This document shows, piece after piece, positions 37,761 to 46,483 of a stretch of DNA of 64,000 nucleotides. Within the stretch, counting starts at the first letter, position 1. Each line of letters begins with the position of its first letter. The notes under the pieces are model-generated. The model was not told the DNA's origin. It saw only the letters and a list, made by a program, of their open reading frames with translations, and did not search any database. Origin of the DNA: Nanobdellota archaeon (lineage in GTDB: Archaea; Nanobdellota; Nanobdellia; Pacearchaeales; GW2011-AR1); contig JAUSKC010000013.1 of assembly GCA_030647125.1 (NCBI GenBank), forward strand, positions 2,249 to 66,248, read 5' to 3'. A program made the position numbers and the translations under genes.

Positions 37761-39548
37761 ATGATAACTCGTCAAGAATTAATAAAGAAATATATTGAAT
37801 TTTTTAAGCATAAAGGGCATAAGCACATCCCTTCTGCATCGCTTATTCCTGAAAATGACCCTACAGTTTTATTCACAACAGCAGGAATGCACCCTTTAGT
37901 TCCTTTTCTTTTAGGACAATCACATCCTTTGGGAAAACGCCTTGTATCAGTTCAAAAATGTATCAGAACAGGCGACATTGAAGAAGTAGGGGACAAAGTT
38001 CATCACACTTTTTTTGAAATGTTGGGCAACTGGTCTTTAGGGGATTATTTTAAAGAAGACGCAATAAAATTCTCTTTCGAGTTCCTGACAAAAGAACTAA
38101 AAATTCCTTTAGAAAAATTAGCAGTAACTTGCTTTGTTGGAGATAAAAACGCAGGAAAAGATATTGAGTCCTCAAAAATCTGGAAATCTCTAGGAATCAA
38201 AGATGAAAGAATTGCTTTCTTGCCTAAAGAAAAAAATTGGTGGGGTCCCGCTGGCTTAACAGGCCCGTGTGGTCCTGATACAGAAATGTTTTATTGGAAG
38301 TCCAAAACAAAAAAAGTTCCAAAGGTCTTCAATCCTGAAGATGAAAATTGGGTTGAAATTTGGAATGATGTTTTTATGCAATACAACAAAAACAAATCCG
38401 GAAAGTACGAGCCATTAAAACAAAAAAATGTTGATACTGGAATGGGAGTTGAAAGAACTTTAACAATCTTAAATGAATTGGAAGACAATTATCAAAGTTC
38501 AATCTTCAAACCAATAATTTCTGAAATTGAAAAGATATCAAAAAAGAAATACAAATCATCAGATTCTGACGACGATAAGTCAATGAGAATTGTAGCAGAC
38601 CATATTAGAACAGCAACATTTATACTTGGAGAAGAAAAACACCTAACGCCTTCTAACACCGACCAAGGTTACGTTTTAAGAAGATTAATCCGAAGAGCAA
38701 TCCGTTTTGGAAGACAACTTGGCATAAAAGAAAATTTCACTTCACAAATTTCAAAAATAATAGTTCATGAATATACAGACTATCCAGAATTAGCAAGAAA
38801 TCACAAGTCAATAACTTCCGCACTTGATGAAGAAGAATTGCGTTTCCTTGAAACGCTTGAAAAAGGCCTAAAAAAGTTTAACCAATTTGTAGAGGAATTC
38901 AAAAAAATAATTCCCGGAAAAGAAGCTTTCTTATTATTTCAGTCATACGGATTTCCAATTGAAATGACTCAAGAACTAGCCGATGAAAAAGGAATTGAAG
39001 TCGACTTGGAAGAATATAATGAAGAATTCAAGAAACATCAAGATCTATCACGAACAATGTCCGCCGGCCGTTTCAAATCCGGACTTGCTGACGATTCAGA
39101 GGCAACTAAAAAACTTCACACTGCAACACACTTGCTAAATGAAGCGCTAAGACAAGTTCTAAAAGATAACAACATAAAACAGCGCGGTTCTAACATAACT
39201 CCAGAACGTTTGCGTTTTGACTTTAACTTTTCAAGAAAATTAACAGATGACGAACTAAAAAAAGTTGAGCAATGGGTAAATGACAAAATAAAAAAATCTC
39301 TTCCAGTAACAAGAGAAGAAATTCCTTTGACACAAGCAATGGCATCAGGAGCACAATCAGAATTCGGCTCAAAATATCCTGAACTAGTGTCTGTTTACAC
39401 AATAGGAAATCCAAAATCATTTATTTCAAAAGAAATCTGCACAGGCCCCCACGTTTCAAACACTTCAGAAATTGGGAATTTCAGAATAATAAAAGAAGAA
39501 TCCAGCGCAGCTGGAATCCGTCGTATCAAAGCAGTTATAAGTAATTAA
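37761..39548 (+). CDS. alaS: alanyl-tRNA synthetase, short form (catalytic plus editing domains, no C-Ala domain)
   Basis: FTTAGMHPLVPF, QKCIRTGDIEEVGD..HHTFFEMLGNWS and editing-site HTATHLL. 595 aa. Confidence 0.9.
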   Translation: MITRQELIKKYIEFFKHKGHKHIPSASLIPENDPTVLFTTAGMHPLVPFLLGQSHPLGKRLVSVQKCIRTGDIEEVGDKVHHTFFEMLGNWSLGDYFKEDAIKFSFEFLTKELKIPLEKLAVTCFVGDKNAGKDIESSKIWKSLGIKDERIAFLPKEKNWWGPAGLTGPCGPDTEMFYWKSKTKKVPKVFNPEDENWVEIWNDVFMQYNKNKSGKYEPLKQKNVDTGMGVERTLTILNELEDNYQSSIFKPIISEIEKISKKKYKSSDSDDDKSMRIVADHIRTATFILGEEKHLTPSNTDQGYVLRRLIRRAIRFGRQLGIKENFTSQISKIIVHEYTDYPELARNHKSITSALDEEELRFLETLEKGLKKFNQFVEEFKKIIPGKEAFLLFQSYGFPIEMTQELADEKGIEVDLEEYNEEFKKHQDLSRTMSAGRFKSGLADDSEATKKLHTATHLLNEALRQVLKDNNIKQRGSNITPERLRFDFNFSRKLTDDELKKVEQWVNDKIKKSLPVTREEIPLTQAMASGAQSEFGSKYPELVSVYTIGNPKSFISKEICTGPHVSNTSEIGNFRIIKEESSAAGIRRIKAVISN

Positions 39549-39553
39549 AATCT

Positions 39554-39997
39554 CTAAAGAGCAACTACAACTTCATTAAGATGATGACTATAATACTTTT
39601 GAGCTTCTTCTTCAGCTTGATCTAAAATAGCTCTAATCCATCCATTACTCTCTTCTTTATGTAGTTCTGCATAATTTCTAGCATACCATATATCAAACCG
39701 AGTTATTTGACCAGAATCATTATAACCTTCTTCAGCACTATCCAAATCAGAATAATTATTATAAATCATAAAACCACTAAGCCATATAGCTTGGTGCAAC
39801 ATTCTATGATGTAAACCAAGAGGAATAGCGGAATCAATTCTTCCAATTAAATTAGAATGATAAAATTCAACTTCATTTTTAGAAGCCCTAGGAGTATCCC
39901 TAATCTCTCCCATTATTTTCATAAATTCTCTTGTAATTTCAGAATTAACATTCATATTATAAAAAATCAAAGTTAAGAACTTAATAAATATTTGCAA
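39554..39997 (-). CDS. hypothetical protein (147 aa)
   Basis: ORF only. An alternative start lies at MNVNSE (39953-39955). Confidence 0.4.
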   Translation of the reverse strand: MQIFIKFLTLIFYNMNVNSEITREFMKIMGEIRDTPRASKNEVEFYHSNLIGRIDSAIPLGLHHRMLHQAIWLSGFMIYNNYSDLDSAEEGYNDSGQITRFDIWYARNYAELHKEESNGWIRAILDQAEEEAQKYYSHHLNEVVVAL

Positions 39998-40009
39998 TAT
40001 TCCTAAAAA

Positions 40010-43000
40010 TCATTCCAAATAAATCCCCGGCTTGCCCGGCTTAACTTTTTTGCTTTTTCCGTCCGGATCATATTTATCTTTATCATTAACAGCATAAACT
40101 TTTATATCAAGACCTGTTCGTTTTTTCAACTCATCAACGCTATCAACAAAATTCTTCTTTTCGTTAGGCAAAACATAAACCCAACATTTTGAAACTTCTT
40201 TTCCTTCCCGTTCTTTTATAATTTTAACAACGTGATTTATATCTTCAACAAGCTTTGCAACATCTTGCTCTTGCTTTTCCAAACTCTCATTAATCTTCGC
40301 TTCTTCAACTTTAGGCCATTCAGATGAAGAAATCAGACCAACACCTCCTATTTTCTCCCACATTTCTTCAGCTATGTGCGGGCAAAAAAGAGACAAAAGT
40401 TTCAAACCCTTTTCCAAAACTAATCTATCAGTTTCCAGAGGCAAAGAATTAAACAATTCCCTGACTTTTATAATTGCTAAGTTATATTTGAAATTTTCAA
40501 TCTGGTTCGTCATTTCTTTAATAATCTTATTCAATTTGCTTTCAATTTTAGCGTCTGATTTCTTAACAATCTTAACATTTTGAAAATAATCATAAACTTT
40601 ATTCAAGAATTTGAAGCTTCCAACAAGAACATTCTCATCCCAAAGAGTATCATTTTCAGGAGAAGCCAAACTCATTAAAGCCAAACGCAAAGAGTCCGCG
40701 CCATACTTCTTAATAATATCCAAAGGATTAATCACATTACCTAACGACTTTGACATCTTCTGCCCATCAGCGCCATGCAAAAGCCCTTGATTAAACAATT
40801 TAATAAACGGCTCATCAATTTCAGGAATCAAATCTAAATCCCTCAAGGCCTTTGTAAAAAAACGCGCGTAAATCAAATGCATCGTCGCATGTTCCGCGCC
40901 TCCAATATATTGATCAACAGGCATCCAGTATTTTACTTTATCAATTTCAAAAGGTTTTTTTGAATTTTCCGAGTCCAGATATCTCAAATAATACCAACTC
41001 GAATCAAAGAAAGTATCCATCGTGTCCGTCTCTCGTTTGGCTTTTCCATTACATGAAGGACATTTTACATTAATCCATTTTTCATTTGTTTTCAAAGGAT
41101 TTCCTTTTCCAAATTTAACTTTTTCAGGAAGAACAATAGGCAAGTCACTTTCTTTAATAGGAATAATTCCACACTTATCACAATAAACAACTGGAATAGG
41201 AGTTCCCCAATAACGCTGACGTGAAACCAACCAATCTCTTAATTTAAAATTAACAACCTTGCGTCCTAATTTTTTCTTTATTAAAAATTTAGTAATTTCT
41301 TCTTTAGCTTTTTCACTTTCCACTTCATCAAATTCATCCGAATTAATTAACCATCCTTCTCCAGTATAAGCTTTCGACTCTTTTGTAAAATCAATTTCTC
41401 CTTCCCTTGGCTGAATCACTGCCTTAATTTCAATATTGTATTTTCTTGCAAACAAATAATCCCTTTGGTCGTGAGCAGGCACAGCCATAACCATTCCACT
41501 CCCATAATCAGCGACGACAAAATTGCCGGCATAAACCGGAACTTTTTTATTATTTACAGGGTTTACAGCATAACTTCCTGTAAAGACACCTTCTTTGTCA
41601 AGTTCTTCAAGTTGTTTTTCAGAAACGCCTTTTAATTTTTTCAAGAATTTTTCTACTTCTTTCTTTTGTTTGTTAGAAACTAATTCCATAAGTCGCGGAT
41701 GCTGCGCTGAAACAACCATAAAAGTCACTCCGTAAATAGTATCTGGCCTTGTCGTAAATATAGACCACTTTTCATTTCCAATAATTTCATTTAAAAGTTC
41801 AGGAAATTCTCCTGTTCCCATATCATATATAGTATAATGCCCATGATTTTTTAATTCAATAATTTCGCCGCCCAAAGAATCATGAAAGATCTTAACGCTT
41901 TTCTTACCATCGGCTTCCTCATTATTTGCAGTAAAAATAATTACTTCACCAACTCTATCTTTAATTCCCAAGTCAATATTATAATCATAAAAATCTTTTG
42001 GAGCATTACCAGATTTAGCAATTTTCCAAGGTGCGACTAAAATTAGTTTTTTAATTTTCTTTTTAGTATCACCAAGCCATCTTACTAAAAATGCACAGCC
42101 GCAACTATGTCCAATTAAAACAGAATTCTCATCTATTTTATTTTTTTCGAATTCTTTCTTCCAATTATAATAATCAGCTTTCCAGGCCTCGGGCATTAAA
42201 GGAGAAAAAACCTTAATCTTTCTTTCCTCAAGTTTCTTTTTAATCCAAGGAATCCAATGTTTATCATAAGTTCTTTTTTCTTGAGAATACTCCGCTTTTT
42301 CAGCAGACGGACAACCATGAACAATCACAACATTAGAAAGTTTATTTGAATTTTCAATCTCAAACAAAATCTCCGTCCCTTCCGAACGTCCAATCCAATT
42401 CTTCTGCATCAACTTAATTCTTTCAGGCCAATATAACTTGTCAACCTTATCCAAAAGCTCGTCAGCATAATTTGTCGTTTTGATAAACCATTGTTCAAGT
42501 TGCTTGATTTCAACAGGTGTTTCAGGATGTCTCCAGCAACAACCACCATGAACTTGCTCATTCGCTAAAACCGTCTCACATTTACCACACCAATTAACCG
42601 GCGACTTTTTTCTATAAATTAAACCTTTTTCATAAAGTTTAAGAAAAAAATATTGATTCCATTTATAATATTCCGGCTTTGACGTCACAATCATTTTACT
42701 CCAATCGTAACTCAATCCTAACTTATGCTGTTGATTTACAAAATTTTTTATAGAATTTTCAGTGTACTTTCTAGGATGTTCCCCTGCTTTTATCGCCGCA
42801 TTTTCAGCAGGCAATCCAAAAGCATCGTAACCCATTGGATAAAGAACATTCATCCCTTGCATTCTCTTGAAGCGCGCATAAATATCCCCTATAGTATAAT
42901 TCAAAGCATGGCCCATATGCAGTCCAGCTGCCGATGGATACGGAAACATTTCAAGAACATAAAACTTCTTTTTCTTTTTCGTGCCTGCGGCGTCCGGGGA

Positions 43001-43072
43001 TACTTCAAAGACCTTCTTTTTTTCCCACTTACTCTGCCATTTTGTTTCTATCTTTTTAAAATCATAAACCAT
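40010..43072 (-). CDS. leuS: leucyl-tRNA synthetase, bacterial-type, with a nested alpha/beta-hydrolase domain
   Basis: HMGH (aa 52-55), WIGRSEG (aa 226-232), TTRPDT (aa 440-445), MAVPAHDQRD and KMSKS. 1020 aa. Confidence 0.9.
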   Translation of the reverse strand: MVYDFKKIETKWQSKWEKKKVFEVSPDAAGTKKKKKFYVLEMFPYPSAAGLHMGHALNYTIGDIYARFKRMQGMNVLYPMGYDAFGLPAENAAIKAGEHPRKYTENSIKNFVNQQHKLGLSYDWSKMIVTSKPEYYKWNQYFFLKLYEKGLIYRKKSPVNWCGKCETVLANEQVHGGCCWRHPETPVEIKQLEQWFIKTTNYADELLDKVDKLYWPERIKLMQKNWIGRSEGTEILFEIENSNKLSNVVIVHGCPSAEKAEYSQEKRTYDKHWIPWIKKKLEERKIKVFSPLMPEAWKADYYNWKKEFEKNKIDENSVLIGHSCGCAFLVRWLGDTKKKIKKLILVAPWKIAKSGNAPKDFYDYNIDLGIKDRVGEVIIFTANNEEADGKKSVKIFHDSLGGEIIELKNHGHYTIYDMGTGEFPELLNEIIGNEKWSIFTTRPDTIYGVTFMVVSAQHPRLMELVSNKQKKEVEKFLKKLKGVSEKQLEELDKEGVFTGSYAVNPVNNKKVPVYAGNFVVADYGSGMVMAVPAHDQRDYLFARKYNIEIKAVIQPREGEIDFTKESKAYTGEGWLINSDEFDEVESEKAKEEITKFLIKKKLGRKVVNFKLRDWLVSRQRYWGTPIPVVYCDKCGIIPIKESDLPIVLPEKVKFGKGNPLKTNEKWINVKCPSCNGKAKRETDTMDTFFDSSWYYLRYLDSENSKKPFEIDKVKYWMPVDQYIGGAEHATMHLIYARFFTKALRDLDLIPEIDEPFIKLFNQGLLHGADGQKMSKSLGNVINPLDIIKKYGADSLRLALMSLASPENDTLWDENVLVGSFKFLNKVYDYFQNVKIVKKSDAKIESKLNKIIKEMTNQIENFKYNLAIIKVRELFNSLPLETDRLVLEKGLKLLSLFCPHIAEEMWEKIGGVGLISSSEWPKVEEAKINESLEKQEQDVAKLVEDINHVVKIIKEREGKEVSKCWVYVLPNEKKNFVDSVDELKKRTGLDIKVYAVNDKDKYDPDGKSKKVKPGKPGIYLE
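41768..42340 (-). other. RBBP9/YdeN-type serine hydrolase domain inserted in LeuRS (aa ~245-435)
   Basis: VVIVHG..HWIPWIKKKL..VLIGHSCGC (GxSxG, Ser codon 42104-42106)..LILVAPW..NHGHY, colinear with B. subtilis YdeN as I recall it. Confidence 0.7.
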
Positions 43073-43146
43073 ATCAAAGCAAGAAAATCTTAATTTAAAT
43101 TACTTTCCAAAAGAACATTTAAATAACAAAATATACTATTACAACT

Positions 43147-43668
43147 ATGAACAAAATACACGCGCACCTTTCAGGAAACTCTGTGACTTCAAATTCATCA
43201 GACGCTTACACTTTGCAGCAAAAAAGTTCGTTTGGCGAGCGAGTTGAAAATAAAGTGCAATACTCCGCAGTCGAGGCCTTATATTTAGCAGAAAGAAATA
43301 AACTTGAAATATTCGACTCAAAAAATAAAAGTTTATCCATAGATCATTTGCAAAAAAGATTCCAGCAAATTGACAAGAAATTCAAATTAAAATATATTGT
43401 CTTCAAGGACTTACGAAATAAAGGTTACATTGTAAAAACTGCATTAAAATTTGGGGCGGAATTCCGTGTCTATCCAAAAGGAAGTTCTCCAGGCAAAACC
43501 CACTCAAAATGGATTGTTTTCACAGACCACGAATCAAAGAGCTTTAACTGGCATGAATTTTCTTCAAAAAATAGGGTTGCACACTCCACAAAAAAGAATC
43601 TCTTGCTTGCAATTGTTGATGAAGAATCAGATGTCACATATTATGAGATTAAATGGATTAAACCATAA
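43147..43668 (+). CDS. endA: tRNA-splicing endonuclease
   Basis: LRNKGYIVKTALKFGAEFRVYPKG, HSKWIV and RVAHSTKK (Tyr/His/Lys catalytic pattern). Confidence 0.85.
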   Translation: MNKIHAHLSGNSVTSNSSDAYTLQQKSSFGERVENKVQYSAVEALYLAERNKLEIFDSKNKSLSIDHLQKRFQQIDKKFKLKYIVFKDLRNKGYIVKTALKFGAEFRVYPKGSSPGKTHSKWIVFTDHESKSFNWHEFSSKNRVAHSTKKNLLLAIVDEESDVTYYEIKWIKP

Positions 43669-43747
43669 ACAACATTGAAAATGTTTTTGTCATCATAACA
43701 AGCTTTAAAACATCAAAGATGTTTTCGTCATCAGGAAAGCTTTATAA
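43668..43747 (+). repeat. two units of the TTTAAAA / AAAACA-hairpin / CGTCATCAGGAAA intergenic repeat
   Basis: Hairpins AACATT-GAA-AATGTT (43671-43685) and AAAACATC-AAA-GATGTTTT (43707-43725), then CGTCATCAGGAAAGC and TTTATAA 29 nt before ATG 43770. Confidence 0.6.
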
Positions 43748-43769
43748 TTATTCTATATCTTCCTAATTT

Positions 43770-44675
43770 ATGGGACGCGATGCAACACTGATAAAAGATA
43801 AAATAATGAGCACGCTAAAATACAGAGGTCCGTCTCTGCCCGTGCATATTGCAAACGCAACCGGCCAAAGCATGCTCTTCTCAGGAGCATTTCTTTCAGA
43901 ACTTCTCGCGGAAAAAAAGATAAAAATCTCAGACATGAAAGTAGGTTCATCGCCAATTTACTTTCTTGAAGGACAAGAGCCGCAGCTTGAAAATTTTACA
44001 AAATACTTGAAGGGCAAGGAAAGGGAGGCTTTTGAAATATTAAAAGAAAAAAAATTCCTTAGGGATAAAAATCTGTCACCAGTAATTCGTATAGCTCTCC
44101 GCTCAATAAAGGACTTTGCAGTCCCTCTAAAATACAATGAAGAAATTTATTGGAAATATTATACAATTCCAACTTCAACTTTCAGTCCTGATATTTTTGC
44201 GCCAGAAAGAATTCATATAAAACAACCTGAGGAAAAAATAGTAAAACAAGAAACTGAAGAAAAAGAGGTGATAACATCGTCAGAGGAGGAAAAAGAGGTA
44301 ATAATATTACCAGAAGAAAAACCTAAAATTCACAAAACAAAAAAGCAAGCAAAGAAAAAGAAAACAGCAAAACAAGATGACAAATTTTTTAACAAAGTGA
44401 AAGACTATTTATCAAGCAAATCAATTGAAATCATCGGAATGGAGGGAATGACAAAAAATGATTTGACTTTAAAAGTCAAGGCAAAAAATAAAGAGAAGTT
44501 ATTAATTGCTTATAACAAGAAAAAAATTAGTGAGACAGAAATAATTAGAGCTCATAAAAAAGCTGAAGAAGCCAGATTGCCTTATATTATCTTAACAATG
44601 GGAGAAACACCTAAGAAAACAATAAGTTTAATGGACGCTCTAAAAACATTGGAAACAATAGAAAAAATTGAATAA
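43770..44675 (+). CDS. hypothetical protein with an N-terminal winged-helix-like domain and acidic/Lys-rich linker
   Basis: ORF. The N-terminal RGPSLPVHIANATG..KVGSSPIYFL looks wHTH-like. No firm family assignment. Confidence 0.4.
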   Translation: MGRDATLIKDKIMSTLKYRGPSLPVHIANATGQSMLFSGAFLSELLAEKKIKISDMKVGSSPIYFLEGQEPQLENFTKYLKGKEREAFEILKEKKFLRDKNLSPVIRIALRSIKDFAVPLKYNEEIYWKYYTIPTSTFSPDIFAPERIHIKQPEEKIVKQETEEKEVITSSEEEKEVIILPEEKPKIHKTKKQAKKKKTAKQDDKFFNKVKDYLSSKSIEIIGMEGMTKNDLTLKVKAKNKEKLLIAYNKKKISETEIIRAHKKAEEARLPYIILTMGETPKKTISLMDALKTLETIEKIE

Positions 44676-44711
44676 CCAAAGGTTTTTAAGGGAAAGTCAC
44701 AATTCAAAAAT

Positions 44712-44921
44712 ATGGGAAAGATTAAAGGAAAAATGGTAAAAAGAGCCTCAGAACAATTTATAAAATTAGGCGTGCCTTTTACATATGAATTTGAATTCAA
44801 TAAAAAAGTTCTTGGAAATGAAATGCCATCAAAAAAAATTCGTAATCAAACTGCTGGCTATCTTGCACGATTAAAAAAGATGGAATCAAAAAAGAAGGTA
44901 AAAATAGAAAAAATATTGTAA
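44712..44921 (+). CDS. rps17e: ribosomal protein S17e
   Basis: MGKIKGKMVKRASEQFI...NKKVL...SKKIRNQTAGYL matches the eS17 pattern. Confidence 0.8.
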   Translation: MGKIKGKMVKRASEQFIKLGVPFTYEFEFNKKVLGNEMPSKKIRNQTAGYLARLKKMESKKKVKIEKIL

Positions 44922-45118
44922 AATAATTCTATCATAAACTATTTAAACTTCAACTGCATAAGAAACTTATGAAAAGCTTTGATAAATCTGTTTTAGGCAT
45001 GATTTTATCTGAGCTAGTGGTCTCGTACTAATTGTGCGGGGCTATAAATTCTAAAATTTTATGGATTTTCAGCCCTTTTGCTTAAGACGTGACCGCCGCA
45101 AACTATAAGGAGGAAAAA

Positions 45119-45331
45119 ATGAAAGAATACAACCTAGAAACGTACAAAACTTTTTACGTCCCATCAAAAGATGGAAATGGAAGAACACAACCCTATTCCG
45201 AAGCTGAAAATGATTGGAAAGTAATGATGGACAAACAGGAAGAAGCATTAAGAAGTTTTAACATAATAGAAGCTAGAATGCCAGAAAAACCGAGACCGGC
45301 ACTAGAAAGAACAATAACGGAAAGAGAATAA
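45119..45331 (+). CDS. hypothetical protein (70 aa)
   Basis: AAGGAGG at 45107-45113 precedes ATG 45119. The listed ORF begins earlier at a GTG. Confidence 0.4.
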   Translation: MKEYNLETYKTFYVPSKDGNGRTQPYSEAENDWKVMMDKQEEALRSFNIIEARMPEKPRPALERTITERE

Positions 45332-45556
45332 TTATTTTTTATTTAATTTATCTATTTTCTTTTCTATTCTTTTTATATCATTGCTCATTTCTTCTAAAAG
45401 TTTTCTTCTTTTTCTATTGAAATATAAAGTAGCTATTTCTGCAATTATAAAAAATAGAATAACAACACCTACTGCTTGCAGAAACAAAACCACATTTCCC
45501 AAACTGATAATTAAATCAGGCAAATCTGCAGGTACGTTACTAATTTCAACAACCAT
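45332..45556 (-). CDS. hypothetical membrane-anchored coiled-coil protein (74 aa)
   Basis: ORF with one TM helix and a charged C-terminal helix. Confidence 0.4.
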   Translation of the reverse strand: MVVEISNVPADLPDLIISLGNVVLFLQAVGVVILFFIIAEIATLYFNRKRRKLLEEMSNDIKRIEKKIDKLNKK

Positions 45557-45603
45557 ATATAAAAATAGGGTGGATATTATTTAAACCTAACCACTAACCT
45601 CAA

Positions 45604-45748
45604 ACCTTTAAAACAACTTGTTTGTTTTCGTCTTCCTTATTTCCTTAAAACAATTTATTGTTTTCGTCAGTCAGGAAACCTTTAAAACAACTTGTTTGTT
45701 TTCGTCATCCAGAAAACCTTTTAAATATTGTTTCTCGTTTCATTTGTT
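45604..45748 (+). repeat. tandem array (about 74-nt period, four sub-units) of the TTTAAAA/hairpin/CGTCA repeat
   Basis: 45604-45632 and 45678-45706 are identical 29-mers (ACCTTTAAAACAACTTGTTTGTTTTCGTC). Sub-units at 45645 and 45716 are degenerate copies. Confidence 0.75.
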
Positions 45749-45750
45749 AT

Positions 45751-45765
45751 GGCTCTGTAGCTCAG
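45751..45765 (+). repeat. orphan duplicate of the tRNA-Met 5' end
   Basis: GGCTCTGTAGCTCAG is identical to 45800-45814. Including the preceding AT (45749-45750), the 17-mer repeats at 45798-45814. Confidence 0.8.
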
Positions 45766-45799
45766 AGGAAAACCCTCGTTCGCTACATCGCTAAACAAT

Positions 45800-45871
45800 G
45801 GCTCTGTAGCTCAGCGGTAGAGCGCGGCTCTCATAAGGCCGAGGCCGGGAGGTCAGCACTCCTCAGAGCCA
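45800..45871 (+). tRNA. tRNA-Met (CAT) with a non-canonical T-loop
   Basis: Acceptor GGCTCTG/CAGAGCC and anticodon loop CTCATAA. The T-arm GGGAG-GTCAGCA-CTCCT has G54/G58 instead of T54/A58. Confidence 0.7.
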
Positions 45872-46225
45872 TTATTTATTAACAAAAATCCTAAACCCAT
45901 CATCTTCCTTCCTCGGCAAGATATGAAAATGCACATGATTAACTTCTTGTCCACCTGCCTTAAAATTATTAGAAACAACATTAAAACCTTCACATTTCAA
46001 TTCCTTACCAAGTTTAGCGTAAGTATTCTTAACACAATCAATTAATTCTGTTCCTAACGACGACGGCATATCAAGAACATTTTTAAAATGCTTTTTTGAA
46101 ATAACTAAAGAATGGCCCTCCACCTTTGGATGAGCATCTTTTATCGAAAAGAAATTTTCATTTTCATAAATTCGTGGAACACGAACTTCACCAAAAGCAA
46201 TCTTACAAAATATACAATCATCCAT
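45872..46225 (-). CDS. HIT-family (histidine triad) hydrolase
   Basis: CIFCKI N-terminus and NHVHFHILPR triad. The start was set at ATG 46223-46225 (MDDCIFCKI). Confidence 0.8.
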   Translation of the reverse strand: MDDCIFCKIAFGEVRVPRIYENENFFSIKDAHPKVEGHSLVISKKHFKNVLDMPSSLGTELIDCVKNTYAKLGKELKCEGFNVVSNNFKAGGQEVNHVHFHILPRKEDDGFRIFVNK

Positions 46226-46483
46226 AAAAAACAAAGAAACTAGAAATATAAAAACCTTATCATAAAAAACCACAAAACAATAAAAAAAATAAAAAACAAT
46301 TTAAAGAGTTTATCTCTTTTTCTTTTTAGCTGCCTTTTTCTTTGCCATATTTTAAATCACCTCTTTTTTTACTAATAAAATTAATGATTGTTCATTTATA
46401 AAATTTATCTTTTACAAAAATTTCACAAGATTATAAAAAAGATTAGAAATAAAATCACCGTCGGTAAAATAAAACAACACAAT

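Noticed and set aside
45658-45882. 74-aa + strand ORF
   Set aside because: It is composed of the tandem intergenic repeats and reads straight through tRNA-Met. It is not a gene.
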